Shown here piece by piece: positions 34,783 to 45,461 of a DNA stretch of 48,488 bases. This DNA is from Patescibacteria group bacterium. Its GTDB lineage: Bacteria > Patescibacteriota > Minisyncoccia > UBA6257 > HR35. The notes beneath the pieces were generated by a model that was not told where the DNA came from, did not search any database, and worked only from the letters and a program-made list of their open reading frames with translations. The stretch spans positions 1 through 48,488 of the forward strand of contig JAUQQM010000003.1 of NCBI GenBank assembly GCA_030549895.1. Direction: 5' to 3'. How positions within the stretch are numbered: position 1 is the first letter of the stretch; every line of letters begins with the position of its first letter. The position numbers and the translations under genes are program-made.

Positions 34783-35331
34783 TTAAAATTTAACTTCTGG
34801 CTTTTGTTCTTCCTCTTCGGGGATATCAAAAAATTGTTCCTCTTTAAAATTAAAAATTAAATTCAAAATATTATTTGGAAAAATATGCAAAAATGTATTG
34901 TAATCTAAAACTGTCTGATTATAGAATCTTCTTGCTGCTTGAATTTTATCTTCAGTGAGGGTAAGTTCTTTCTGAAGTTCGAGAAAATTCTCATTTGCTT
35001 TAAGGTTTGGATAATTTTCAACTAAAAGGAAAAGTTCTTTTAAACCTCTTACAAGTTGAGTTTCGTTTGCTGCTAGCTCTTCTTTGCTCTTACTTGAGAC
35101 TGCCATATTTCTTGCCTGAATAATTCTTTCTAAAGTTTCTCTTTCATGGACCATATAACCTTTTACACTGTTTATTAAATTCTCTATCAAATCATGTCTT
35201 CTTTTAAGCTGAACTTCAATATCAGACCAAGCTTCTTTTACTCTAAACCTTCTCCTTACTAGGCTATTGTAAGCAAAAATAACATAAAGAACAATTACTA
35301 AAATTGTGGCTAAGAGAATTTTTTCAATCAT
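34783..35331 (-). CDS. lemA: LemA family membrane protein
   Basis: 182 aa. N-terminal TM helix, YNSLVRRR..V.EAWSDIEVQLKRRHDLI.NL...VKGY..HE..TL, RFYN..V..YN. Confidence 0.8.
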   Translation of the reverse strand: MIEKILLATILVIVLYVIFAYNSLVRRRFRVKEAWSDIEVQLKRRHDLIENLINSVKGYMVHERETLERIIQARNMAVSSKSKEELAANETQLVRGLKELFLLVENYPNLKANENFLELQKELTLTEDKIQAARRFYNQTVLDYNTFLHIFPNNILNLIFNFKEEQFFDIPEEEEQKPEVKF

Positions 35332-35944
35332 TTTTATTTAGTCTTGACTCAAGAATCTTGAGCCCATTAATATCTAATAAAAGATATTTATGGCAAAGTA
35401 TATCTTTAAGGTTAAGATTTCTAACTTCAGTTCCAAAAACTTTTTCGATATTTCTTGTACCTTTTATTAAGTTTTTTTCTTGATCACAAAAACCAATGAC
35501 CGCACTTTTAATATTTAATTTTTTTAACAAATCACTAATTTCTTTTGTTTTTGGTTTTAGAGGCAAGAAATCTTCAATTATCTTAATCTCCCCATCTTTT
35601 GCTTTTTTTGTAAGAGCACTTTTTAGAGCATTTAATCTCATTTTTTTAGGAACTTTAAACTCATATATTTTCTCATTTCTTGGACCAAAAGTTACTCCTC
35701 CACCTTTCCAAAGAGGAGATCTAATAGAACCATGTCTTGCTCTTCCAGTTCCTTTTTGAGGCCATGGTTTTTTACCACCACCCCTAACTTCACTTCTTGT
35801 TTTTGTGTGAGCCCAAGGATAATGAGTTTTGGCTAAATAATAACGCCAAACTTGATGAATTAAACTTTCATTATAAGACGTATCGAAAGGAAATTCTATT
35901 TCTTTTATAACTTCACCTTGTAAATTGTAAACTGGGAGTTTCAT
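35324..35944 (-). CDS. rplD: 50S ribosomal protein L4
   Basis: 206 aa. TKTRSEVRGGGKKPWPQKGTGRARHGSIRSPLWKGGGVTFGP. Confidence 0.9.
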   Translation of the reverse strand: MKLPVYNLQGEVIKEIEFPFDTSYNESLIHQVWRYYLAKTHYPWAHTKTRSEVRGGGKKPWPQKGTGRARHGSIRSPLWKGGGVTFGPRNEKIYEFKVPKKMRLNALKSALTKKAKDGEIKIIEDFLPLKPKTKEISDLLKKLNIKSAVIGFCDQEKNLIKGTRNIEKVFGTEVRNLNLKDILCHKYLLLDINGLKILESRLNKND

Positions 35945-36552
35945 ATTTTTATTAGTTTACCTTTTTGGGTAATATAACTTGGTCTTATTTCAACTAAAGT
36001 TCCACGAGAACCAGCTACAGAACCTTTAACAGCTATTAAATTGTTTTCCTTATCAACATCAACAATTTCTAAATTCCTAATAGTTATTCTTTTATTTCCC
36101 ATCCTTCCTGCCATTTTTCTTCCTTTAAAAACTCTTTGAGGATATGATGGACCAATCGATCCTGGATGACGAAGTCTATCTTGTTGACCATGAGATTTCG
36201 GTCCACCTTTAAAACCATGTCTTTTTACTACTCCTTGAAATCCTTTCCCTTTTGAAATGCTACTAATTGTAACTTTTTCTGGTAAAAAAGAAACATCTAT
36301 TTTATCACCAACTTTTATTTCTTTTATTTTCTCTAAAAGCTCTTCAGGAAATCTAAATTCTTTTATAAATCTAAACGGGGGATGGGTTTTTGTTTGTTTT
36401 TTTAATCTTTCAAAACCAAGTTTTAAAGCAAGGTAAGGCTTTGTCTTAATTTCTAAGACCTCAGCCGGTCCTGCCTCAATAATTGTCACTGGCAATACTT
36501 TTCCATCTTTAAAAATCTGACTCATACCAATTTTTTTACCTAACAAGAACAT
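35941..36552 (-). CDS. rplC: 50S ribosomal protein L3
   Basis: 203 aa. GKKIGMSQIF...G..LPVTIIEAGP, ISKGKGFQGVVKRHGF.GGP.SHG, GRMG....T..NLEIV. Confidence 0.9.
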   Translation of the reverse strand: MFLLGKKIGMSQIFKDGKVLPVTIIEAGPAEVLEIKTKPYLALKLGFERLKKQTKTHPPFRFIKEFRFPEELLEKIKEIKVGDKIDVSFLPEKVTISSISKGKGFQGVVKRHGFKGGPKSHGQQDRLRHPGSIGPSYPQRVFKGRKMAGRMGNKRITIRNLEIVDVDKENNLIAVKGSVAGSRGTLVEIRPSYITQKGKLIKI

Positions 36553-36554
36553 GT

Positions 36555-36854
36555 TTAAATAACTTCTATTTCAATTTCAACTCCAGCTGGTATAGCAAGA
36601 TCTTTTAAGATTGAAAAAATTTGAGGAGTAGGTTTGATGACATCTATAATTCTTTTATTAATTCTAATTTCAAATTGTTCTCTTGAATCTTTATAAATAA
36701 AAGGGGACCTATTAATAGTAAATCTTTTAATCGATGTTGGAAGAGGTATTGGACCTTTATACTCTACACCGAATCTTTTAAGAATATCAATAATCTCTCG
36801 ACAGGAATTATCAATCAGTTTGTTGTCATAAGATTTTAATTTAATCCTAATCAT
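36555..36854 (-). CDS. rpsJ: 30S ribosomal protein S10
   Basis: 99 aa. IRIKLKSYD..L.D......I........GPIPLPT.....T..RSPF..K.SREQFE.R. Confidence 0.9.
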   Translation of the reverse strand: MIRIKLKSYDNKLIDNSCREIIDILKRFGVEYKGPIPLPTSIKRFTINRSPFIYKDSREQFEIRINKRIIDVIKPTPQIFSILKDLAIPAGVEIEIEVI

Positions 36855-36884
36855 TAAAACCTTTTATAAAAATTTAATTTGTAT

Positions 36885-38084
36885 TTACTTTATTATTTTT
36901 GTTACTACACCAGCACCAACTGTTTTTCCACCTTCTCTTATAGCAAACCTTTGACCAACCTCAAGAGCTACAGGATAAATTAAAGTAATTTTAAGGCTAA
37001 CATTATCACCTGGCATCACCATTTCAATTCCTTCTGGTAACTGAACTTCACCGGTGACATCTGTTGTTCTGATATAAAACTGAGGTCTATATCCAGAAAA
37101 GAAAGGAGTATGTCTTCCACCTTCTTCTTTTGTAAGAACATAAACTTCTGCTTCAAACTCCCGATGAGGAGTAACAGTACCTGGTTTAGCAATAACCTGT
37201 CCTCTTTCAACATCTTCTTTTTTAATACCTCTTAAAAGTAAACCAACGTTATCTCCTGCTCTAGCTTCCTCTAATGTTTTGTTAAACATTTCAATACCGG
37301 TAACAACAGTTTTTTGAGTTTCTCTTAAACCAACAATTTCTACTTCTTCATTTAGTTTTAAAACACCTCTTTCAACTCTACCAGTCACAACTGTCCCACG
37401 ACCTTCTATTAAGAAAATATCTTCAATAGGCATTAAAAATGGTTTATCTATTTCTCTTACTGGCTCTGAAAAATAATTATCAATAGCATCTAGCAGTTCT
37501 AAAATACTCTTAGCGTAAGGATCATCTAAAGATTTAGCCTCTAAAGCTTTAAGAGCTGAGCCTCTAATGACAGGAATTTCATCTCCAGGAAATCCATATT
37601 TTTTTAGAAGTTCTCTTACTTCAGCCTCTACTAAATCTACAATTTCAGGGTCATCAACCATATCAATTTTATTTAGAAAAACTACTATTGAAGGAACTCC
37701 TACCTGTCTTGCTAAAAGAATATGCTCTCTTGTCTGAGGCATAGCACCATCAGGAGCAGAAACAACCAAAATAGCTCCATCCATCTGAGCCGCACCGGTT
37801 ATCATGTTCTTGATATAGTCAGCATGTCCTGGACAATCTATGTGAGCATAATGCCTCTTTTCAGTTTCGTATTCTGAGTGATGAATGTTAATAGTAATAC
37901 CTCTTGCCTTTTCTTCTGGAGCATTGTCAATCTCTTCAACGGTTTCTGCTTTTTCTATAAGACCTTTTAATTTTAAAATATATTGAATTGCTGCTGTAAG
38001 AGTAGTTTTACCATGGTCAACGTGGCCAATTGTTCCAATATTAAGGTGTGGTTTTTTTCTTTCAAATTTTTGTTTTTCTGCCAT
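36885..38084 (-). CDS. tuf: elongation factor Tu
   Basis: 399 aa. [48 protein letters not shown]. Confidence 0.97.
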   Translation of the reverse strand: MAEKQKFERKKPHLNIGTIGHVDHGKTTLTAAIQYILKLKGLIEKAETVEEIDNAPEEKARGITINIHHSEYETEKRHYAHIDCPGHADYIKNMITGAAQMDGAILVVSAPDGAMPQTREHILLARQVGVPSIVVFLNKIDMVDDPEIVDLVEAEVRELLKKYGFPGDEIPVIRGSALKALEAKSLDDPYAKSILELLDAIDNYFSEPVREIDKPFLMPIEDIFLIEGRGTVVTGRVERGVLKLNEEVEIVGLRETQKTVVTGIEMFNKTLEEARAGDNVGLLLRGIKKEDVERGQVIAKPGTVTPHREFEAEVYVLTKEEGGRHTPFFSGYRPQFYIRTTDVTGEVQLPEGIEMVMPGDNVSLKITLIYPVALEVGQRFAIREGGKTVGAGVVTKIIK

Positions 38085-38101
38085 AATAATTAAATTTAGA
38101 T

Positions 38102-38116
38102 GCCATCAATGATGGC
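38102..38116. promoter_or_regulatory. inverted repeat GCCATC-AAT-GATGGC upstream of tuf
   Basis: A 6-bp perfect inverted repeat 18-32 nt upstream of the tuf ATG. It shares the CATC-N3/4-GATG core with 3245-3262. Confidence 0.3.
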
Positions 38117-38176
38117 TTTTAATGTTAATTTTATAAATTATACCACAAAAACTAGAAGGCGCAATGAAATTAAGGG

Positions 38177-38204
38177 TTGCTTTTTAAAATTTTTAATTTA
38201 AAAT
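38177..38204 (+). promoter_or_regulatory. promoter TTGCTT-16 nt-TAAAAT, 7 nt upstream of the rpsF ATG
   Basis: -35 at 38177-38182 and -10 at 38199-38204. The same TTGCTT-16-TAAAAT arrangement precedes the S1-like gene (19342-19369). Confidence 0.4.
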
Positions 38205-38211
38205 TATATTT

Positions 38212-38514
38212 ATGGAAAATTTAAGGTTTTACGAAGTAGGTATCTGGACTGAAGAAAACTCGCCCGTAAAAGAAAAAATAAAAGAGTTTTTTGTAGAGAT
38301 TTTAGAAGAAAAGATATTAAAAGAACACCCAAAATTTGGAAGGCTTTATTATTTTTTAGGCTACATAGATAAAAATAGAGTAAAAGATTTAGAAAAATTC
38401 TTAAGTACTTCAAATCAGGTAAGGCAATTCATTATAGTTAAAAAGAAAGAAAAAGTTAAAAAACAACAAGAGTTAAGTTTGGAAGAAAAATTAAATGAAA
38501 TATTAAAAACATGA
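38212..38514 (+). CDS. rpsF: 30S ribosomal protein S6 (divergent, shortened)
   Basis: 100 aa. Weak N-terminal YE motif; C-terminal RLYYFLGYID......L.KFL......VRQFIIVK resembles S6. The position directly upstream of ssb supports the call. Confidence 0.55.
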   Translation: MENLRFYEVGIWTEENSPVKEKIKEFFVEILEEKILKEHPKFGRLYYFLGYIDKNRVKDLEKFLSTSNQVRQFIIVKKKEKVKKQQELSLEEKLNEILKT

Positions 38515-38933
38515 ATGTAAATAAAGTGATTTTAGTAGGAAATTTAACACAAGATGTAGATTTTAAAGTTCTTCCCGCTGGTCAACCAATAGCTAAAATG
38601 ACGTTAGCAACAAACAGAGTTTATATTGATAAAAACGGTAATAAAAAGCAAGAAGCTGAGTATCATTCAATAGTGGCCTGGGGAAAATTAGCTGAACTTT
38701 GTAATAAATTTCTTCAAAAAGGAAGAATGATTTATGTCGAAGGTAGGCTTCATACAAGAAATTATGAAAATAGCCAAGGTCAAAAAGTTACCAAAACAGA
38801 AATAATAGCTGAAAGAATAAAATTTGGTCCTAAACCAAAAGGTGAGCAGGATATTGAAAAAGAATTAGAGGAAATAGAATTTGAATCAAAAGAAGACTTT
38901 GATGAATTAGATCTTTCTGATTTTTCTTTTTAA
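38511..38933 (+). CDS. ssb: single-stranded DNA-binding protein
   Basis: 140 aa. NKVILVGNLTQD, ATNR.Y.D..G.....EYHSIVAWGKLAE....L.KG..IYVEGRL.TR.Y, acidic tail ending DLSDFSF. Confidence 0.9.
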   Translation: MNVNKVILVGNLTQDVDFKVLPAGQPIAKMTLATNRVYIDKNGNKKQEAEYHSIVAWGKLAELCNKFLQKGRMIYVEGRLHTRNYENSQGQKVTKTEIIAERIKFGPKPKGEQDIEKELEEIEFESKEDFDELDLSDFSF

Positions 38934-38935
38934 AC

Positions 38936-39121
38936 ATGAGCTGGAAATGTCAAAATTGCCTTATAAGTTATAAAAAGGCAGTAAAAAGAAAAAAAATAAG
39001 AAGTAAGTACAATCCTGTAAGAGTTTATCGACAGAAAGCAAATCTTCAAAAAACTAAAATAGGAAATAAAACTCTTTTACTTTGTCGAAGTTGTAGAAGA
39101 AAGCTCTTAAAAATAGCCTAA
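38936..39121 (+). CDS. rpmB: 50S ribosomal protein L28 (probable)
   Basis: 61 aa. N-terminal CQNC, basic KRKK.RSKYNP, ANLQKTKI (compare the L28 PNLQ motif), C-terminal CRSCRRKL. It does not match the S18 signature. Confidence 0.55.
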   Translation: MSWKCQNCLISYKKAVKRKKIRSKYNPVRVYRQKANLQKTKIGNKTLLLCRSCRRKLLKIA

Positions 39122-39612
39122 GCAAGAATTAAAGAGCCATAAAGAGCAAGAGCAAGAGCATCATAGATGTCATCTGGTAGATCGTTTTTGATTTTTTTAC
39201 TCTTAAACCAAAAATTTATATAATACTTCATATCTTCTTTATCTGAGTTTCCATCTCCAGTAATTTTAAGTTTTAATGTTCGAGGGTGAACTTCTATAAA
39301 ATCTGCATTATTTTTTGAACAAGCATATTTTATAAGACCCTGAATTTCAGCTATATAAAGAGCATTAGTTACATTTTTAGAAAAATAAATCTTTTCTAAA
39401 ACAACCAGTTTTGGTTTTATTTCTTTTATAGCACTTTCTATTTTTCTGAAGTCATTTTTAAATGAAAACTCCTTATCTTTGACAATCATTCCTAATTTAA
39501 GAATTCTTGGAAGAGATCTTGTCCAATAAATAGCTGCATACCCTAGTCTATGAGTGCCTACATCAAAGCCTAAAAACCTGCCTGTGGATTTTTCTATTTG
39601 AAATTTTCTCAT
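39118..39612 (-). CDS. ruvC: crossover junction endodeoxyribonuclease RuvC-like
   Basis: 164 aa. FLGFDVGTHRLGYAAI (catalytic Asp context), VVLEKIYF, GDGNSDKEDM, DDIYDALALALYG. Confidence 0.7.
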   Translation of the reverse strand: MRKFQIEKSTGRFLGFDVGTHRLGYAAIYWTRSLPRILKLGMIVKDKEFSFKNDFRKIESAIKEIKPKLVVLEKIYFSKNVTNALYIAEIQGLIKYACSKNNADFIEVHPRTLKLKITGDGNSDKEDMKYYINFWFKSKKIKNDLPDDIYDALALALYGSLILA

Positions 39613-39618
39613 TATTTT

Positions 39619-39626
39619 ATTATAAT
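39619..39626. promoter_or_regulatory. Palindromic ATTATAAT between divergent ruvC and hup
   Basis: TATAAT on - (39619-39624) is 6 nt from the ruvC ATG (39612). TATAAT on + (39621-39626) gives a roughly 50-nt hup leader. Confidence 0.45.
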
Positions 39627-39645
39627 TTATAAATTAACTTAAAAA

Positions 39646-39673
39646 GAGGTGATCTTTGGTTAAAAGATCCCTC
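39646..39673 (+). promoter_or_regulatory. 11-bp bulged stem-loop in the hup 5' leader
   Basis: GAGG(T)GATCTTT-GGTTA-AAAGATCCCTC, 10 nt upstream of the ATG at 39684. Confidence 0.35.
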
Positions 39674-39683
39674 TAAAAAAGCT

Positions 39684-39956
39684 ATGAGCAAGGAAAATTT
39701 AGTAGAAAAATTATCAGAAAAATACCAATTTTCAAAAAAACAGGCTCTTGAAATATTAAATTATATCTTTGACAGTATTATTGAGTCTGTCAGAAAAGGT
39801 GAGGATGTAAAAATAAGTGGTTTTGGTACTTTTAGACTTAAAGTAAGAAAAGCAAGAACAGCTGTAAATCCAAGAACAGGAGAAAAAATTGAAGTTCCAG
39901 AAAAGAAAACACCAAAATTCACTCCTAGCAAAAATTTCAAAGAGGCTGTTAAATAA
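39684..39956 (+). CDS. hup: DNA-binding protein HU
   Basis: 90 aa. GFGTFRLKVRKARTAVNPRTGEKIEVPEKKTPKFTPSK.FKE.V. Confidence 0.9.
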   Translation: MSKENLVEKLSEKYQFSKKQALEILNYIFDSIIESVRKGEDVKISGFGTFRLKVRKARTAVNPRTGEKIEVPEKKTPKFTPSKNFKEAVK

Positions 39957-40807
39957 TGCAACCATTGCTTCTTTTAAGTCCTAGTGTTTCTCTTTTAAAA
40001 TTTTATTTAGAAAAAAAACTAAACATCAAAAATTTCAAAATTCTAGACGCAAAAGAAGAAAATTTTCTTAATTTTTTTCTCGTTCAAAAAAATAAAAACC
40101 TATTTGATAAAACTGAACAAGTTCTTGTTATTAAAAATTTTTTTTCTTCTAAAAATATTCCTGAGATAAAAAGTTTCTTTATCATTTGGGAAGAAAAACT
40201 ACCTAAAAATGAAGTTTTTAATTTTTATCAAAGAAAATTTCAATTTCAAATTATAGACTTAAAAAACTTTTCTAAAGATTTTTTAGAAGAAATTATAAAA
40301 ACAAACAAAATCCAAATTAGTGAAGAATTAAAGAAAGAGTTTTTAGAAATCTTTCTCCAAGATGACGATGGTTTTGAAGCTCTTCTAAAAGAAATAGAAA
40401 AACTTTCTCTTTACAACCAAAAAATAGACTCAAGAGCAATAAATGATCTTTTTTATCCGCCATTTTGGATTAAAAATTCTCCAATATGGGAAGATATTGA
40501 AAATTCTTTAGTTGGAGCATTTTTTAGAAAATCTAAAAGTGATTTTTTAAAAAAAATGAAAAAAAATCTAAGACAAGGAATAAAGTTTGAAATGCTCTTA
40601 GGTGAGTTTAATTTTGTTTTAAAAACTCTGATATTTAAAAAATTTTTTGGTCTTCCAATAAATCGTTTCGAAGAATTTAATAAAAAATGGAGTTATCAAG
40701 AGTTAAAAAAACTAACAAATTTTTTAGCTCAAGCTGATATTAAATTTAAAAAATTCACTTCTCCTAAAGAAATTCTTGAAAGTTTATTCTTTAATTTTCT
40801 AAATTAA
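39956..40807 (+). CDS. hypothetical protein, possibly DNA polymerase III delta subunit (HolA-like)
   Basis: 283 aa. Helical, with LLKEIEKLSLYN reminiscent of the HolA ELEKL.LY motif. No P-loop. Weak call. Confidence 0.35.
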   Translation: MQPLLLLSPSVSLLKFYLEKKLNIKNFKILDAKEENFLNFFLVQKNKNLFDKTEQVLVIKNFFSSKNIPEIKSFFIIWEEKLPKNEVFNFYQRKFQFQIIDLKNFSKDFLEEIIKTNKIQISEELKKEFLEIFLQDDDGFEALLKEIEKLSLYNQKIDSRAINDLFYPPFWIKNSPIWEDIENSLVGAFFRKSKSDFLKKMKKNLRQGIKFEMLLGEFNFVLKTLIFKKFFGLPINRFEEFNKKWSYQELKKLTNFLAQADIKFKKFTSPKEILESLFFNFLN

Positions 40808-40810
40808 AAA

Positions 40811-40925
40811 GCCCTGGCGCATCCTACTTTCGCCTGCCTCTGCAGACTATCATCGGAAGGATGAAGCTTGACGACCCTGTTCGGAATGGGAAGGGGTATG
40901 GCCTTCATCCTTAAAGCACCAGGGC
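40811..40925 (-). rRNA. rrf: 5S ribosomal RNA
   Basis: Reverse complement is GCCCTGGTGC...CCATACCCCTTCCCATTCCGAACAGGGTCGTCAAGC...GCGCCAGGGC. The terminal helix closes and is followed by TTTTTAATTT. Confidence 0.9.
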
Positions 40926-40949
40926 TTTTTAATATGAAGTTATTAGAAG

Positions 40950-43925
<2,976 letters not shown>

Positions 43926-43942
43926 CTTCTAATAACTTCAGT

Positions 43943-43971
43943 TATTTAATTTTTATTTTCATTCATCTCAA
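43943..43971 (-). promoter_or_regulatory. candidate proximal 23S promoter TTGAGA-17 nt-TAAATA
   Basis: Minus strand: TTGAGA (43966-43971), 17 nt, TAAATA (43943-43948). The predicted start lies at the edge of the processing stem. Confidence 0.3.
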
Positions 43972-43985
43972 CAGTCTCTAGAATT

Positions 43986-44010
43986 AAAAAAGCCCCGCTC
44001 GATGCGGGGC
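43986..44010 (-). terminator. intrinsic terminator-like hairpin GCCCCGC-AUCGA-GCGGGGC plus U6
   Basis: A 7-bp all-G/C stem (44004-44010 / 43992-43998) followed on the minus strand by TTTTTT (43986-43991). Confidence 0.55.
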
Positions 44011-44051
44011 CAAACAAAAGCAAAAATAAAAAGGCTTTAAGTTTGGCCCCG
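44004..44051 (-). promoter_or_regulatory. alternative 11-bp antiterminator pairing CGGGGCCAAAC / GUUUGGCCCCG
   Basis: Segment 1 (44041-44051) is perfectly complementary to segment 2 (44005-44015). Segment 2 contains the 5' arm of the terminator, so the two structures are mutually exclusive. Confidence 0.45.
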
Positions 44052-44066
44052 ACATCTTCTTTCCAT
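44037..44066 (-). CDS. candidate 9-codon leader peptide MERRCRGQT
   Basis: ATG GAA AGA AGA TGT CGG GGC CAA ACT TAA on the minus strand. The ATG is about 3 nt from the predicted start of the TTGACA/TATAAT promoter. Codons 6-9 are segment 1 of the antiterminator. Confidence 0.25.
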   Translation of the reverse strand: MERRCRGQT

Positions 44067-44075
44067 GATAATAAT

Positions 44076-44103
44076 ATTATAATCAAAAACTTAACTTTGT
44101 CAA
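44076..44103 (-). promoter_or_regulatory. consensus promoter TTGACA-16 nt-TATAAT upstream of the 23S leader
   Basis: Minus strand: TTGACA (44098-44103), AAGTTAAGTTTTTGAT, TATAAT (44076-44081). Confidence 0.5.
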
Positions 44104-44114
44104 ATTCAATAATT

Positions 44115-44777
44115 CTATCCTATAAGAGTACCTCGAACAACTCCTTTTTCAAGAAATTCCTTTAAAAGAGATAAATTATTTCCATTCAAAATTATGCACT
44201 TTATTTTAAATCTTTTTGCTAGCTGAGAAGCAACAGGATCAAAAGGACTAAAAAGTCCTGGCCTCCATTTTTTAGGAATGATCCTTAAGTATTCATCCCA
44301 ACTTAATGTTTTTACACCTATTTTTCTTTTTTTTCTCTTTACATAAACATAATCTACATTTGTAAGATTTATCACAAACTTAGCTTTATATTTTTTCGCT
44401 AAAAATGTAGCTACATAATCAGTACTAAAACCTGGCTTCCAACCACAAGCAATCAAAATTTTTTCTTTAAAATTTATGTTTTTTTGAGGATTATCTATTA
44501 TCTGGGGAAAAGAGTATTTTTTAAAAAGAAGATAGACAAGATAGGCATTTAATTTAGTGACAGTTATCCCTAGTCTATCAAGATCATTTTTAGATTTAAT
44601 TTTTAACTTTTTTGCCCCAAGTTGATATTTTCTTGCTGTTTTCCCTCCACCTACAACAATAATAAATTTTTTACCTTTTTTTAAGTAATTTAAAATAAAA
44701 TTTCTAAACTTTCTAAGAAATTCAACATTTATCTCTTTTTTGACAATTAAACTTCCTCCTAAAGAAATTACATACAT
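44115..44777 (-). CDS. pyrH: uridylate kinase (archaeal-type PyrH, amino acid kinase family)
   Basis: 220 aa. YVISLGGSLI, IIVVGGGKTARKY, GWKPGFSTDYVA..LA, LTNVDYVY. Confidence 0.75.
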   Translation of the reverse strand: MYVISLGGSLIVKKEINVEFLRKFRNFILNYLKKGKKFIIVVGGGKTARKYQLGAKKLKIKSKNDLDRLGITVTKLNAYLVYLLFKKYSFPQIIDNPQKNINFKEKILIACGWKPGFSTDYVATFLAKKYKAKFVINLTNVDYVYVKRKKRKIGVKTLSWDEYLRIIPKKWRPGLFSPFDPVASQLAKRFKIKCIILNGNNLSLLKEFLEKGVVRGTLIG

Positions 44778-45460
44778 AAATTATTTGAATTTAATGAATA
44801 AAATTTTGGATTAAAAACACAAGTAAGTTCTCCTTTCAATTTTTTTTCTTTTAACATTTTTAAAAGATCTTTCACATTCCCTCTTAAATATTCTTCATGA
44901 ATTTTAGAAATTTCCCTAGCGATGACAAAATAGACATTGCCAAAAATTTCATCAATTAAATTTAAAACTTTCAAAATTCTTTTCGGTGATTCATAAAAAA
45001 CTATGGTAAAATCAAAATCCTTATATTTTTTGAGAAAATTTTCAAGCCCCTTTTTAGGTAAAAATCCCAAAAATAAAAATCTAAAACAAGGTAACCCTGA
45101 ACCAACAATGCTTGTAAGAAAAGCACTTGGCCCAGGTAAAACTTCTACAGGGATTTTTTTCTCAATAGCTTTTTTTATCAATTTATAACCAGGATCTAAA
45201 ATAGCTGGCATTCCTGAATCACTTACTAGAGCACAATCATGTTTTTTTAATAAATTTAAAATATAAGGCAGCTTCTTTTCTTCTTTCGGAGCAAAATAAG
45301 GAATTAATTTTTTCCCTTTAATATTGTAGTGCGAAAGTAAAATATTTGTTTTTCTTGTATCCTCACAAATTATACATTCGGCTTTTGAAAGAACTTCTAT
45401 TGCTCTTAAAGTTATATCTTTTAAATTACCAATTGGGGTTGGAACAACATAAAGTTTCAT
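44768..45460 (-). CDS. rsmI: 16S rRNA (cytidine1402-2'-O)-methyltransferase RsmI (start moved to MKLYVVPTPIGN)
   Basis: LYVVPTPIGNLKDITLRAIEVL......I.CEDTR.T..LL, SDSGMPAILDPG, FYESP.R. Confidence 0.85.
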   Translation of the reverse strand: MKLYVVPTPIGNLKDITLRAIEVLSKAECIICEDTRKTNILLSHYNIKGKKLIPYFAPKEEKKLPYILNLLKKHDCALVSDSGMPAILDPGYKLIKKAIEKKIPVEVLPGPSAFLTSIVGSGLPCFRFLFLGFLPKKGLENFLKKYKDFDFTIVFYESPKRILKVLNLIDEIFGNVYFVIAREISKIHEEYLRGNVKDLLKMLKEKKLKGELTCVFNPKFYSLNSNNLCM

Positions 45461-45461
45461 A

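Noticed and set aside
38936-39121. Calling the 61-aa ORF after ssb ribosomal protein S18 on the basis of operon position.
   Set aside because: The sequence lacks the S18 CAKHQR...KRAR..LLPY signature, which is present in the ORF at 4415-4615. It fits L28 better.
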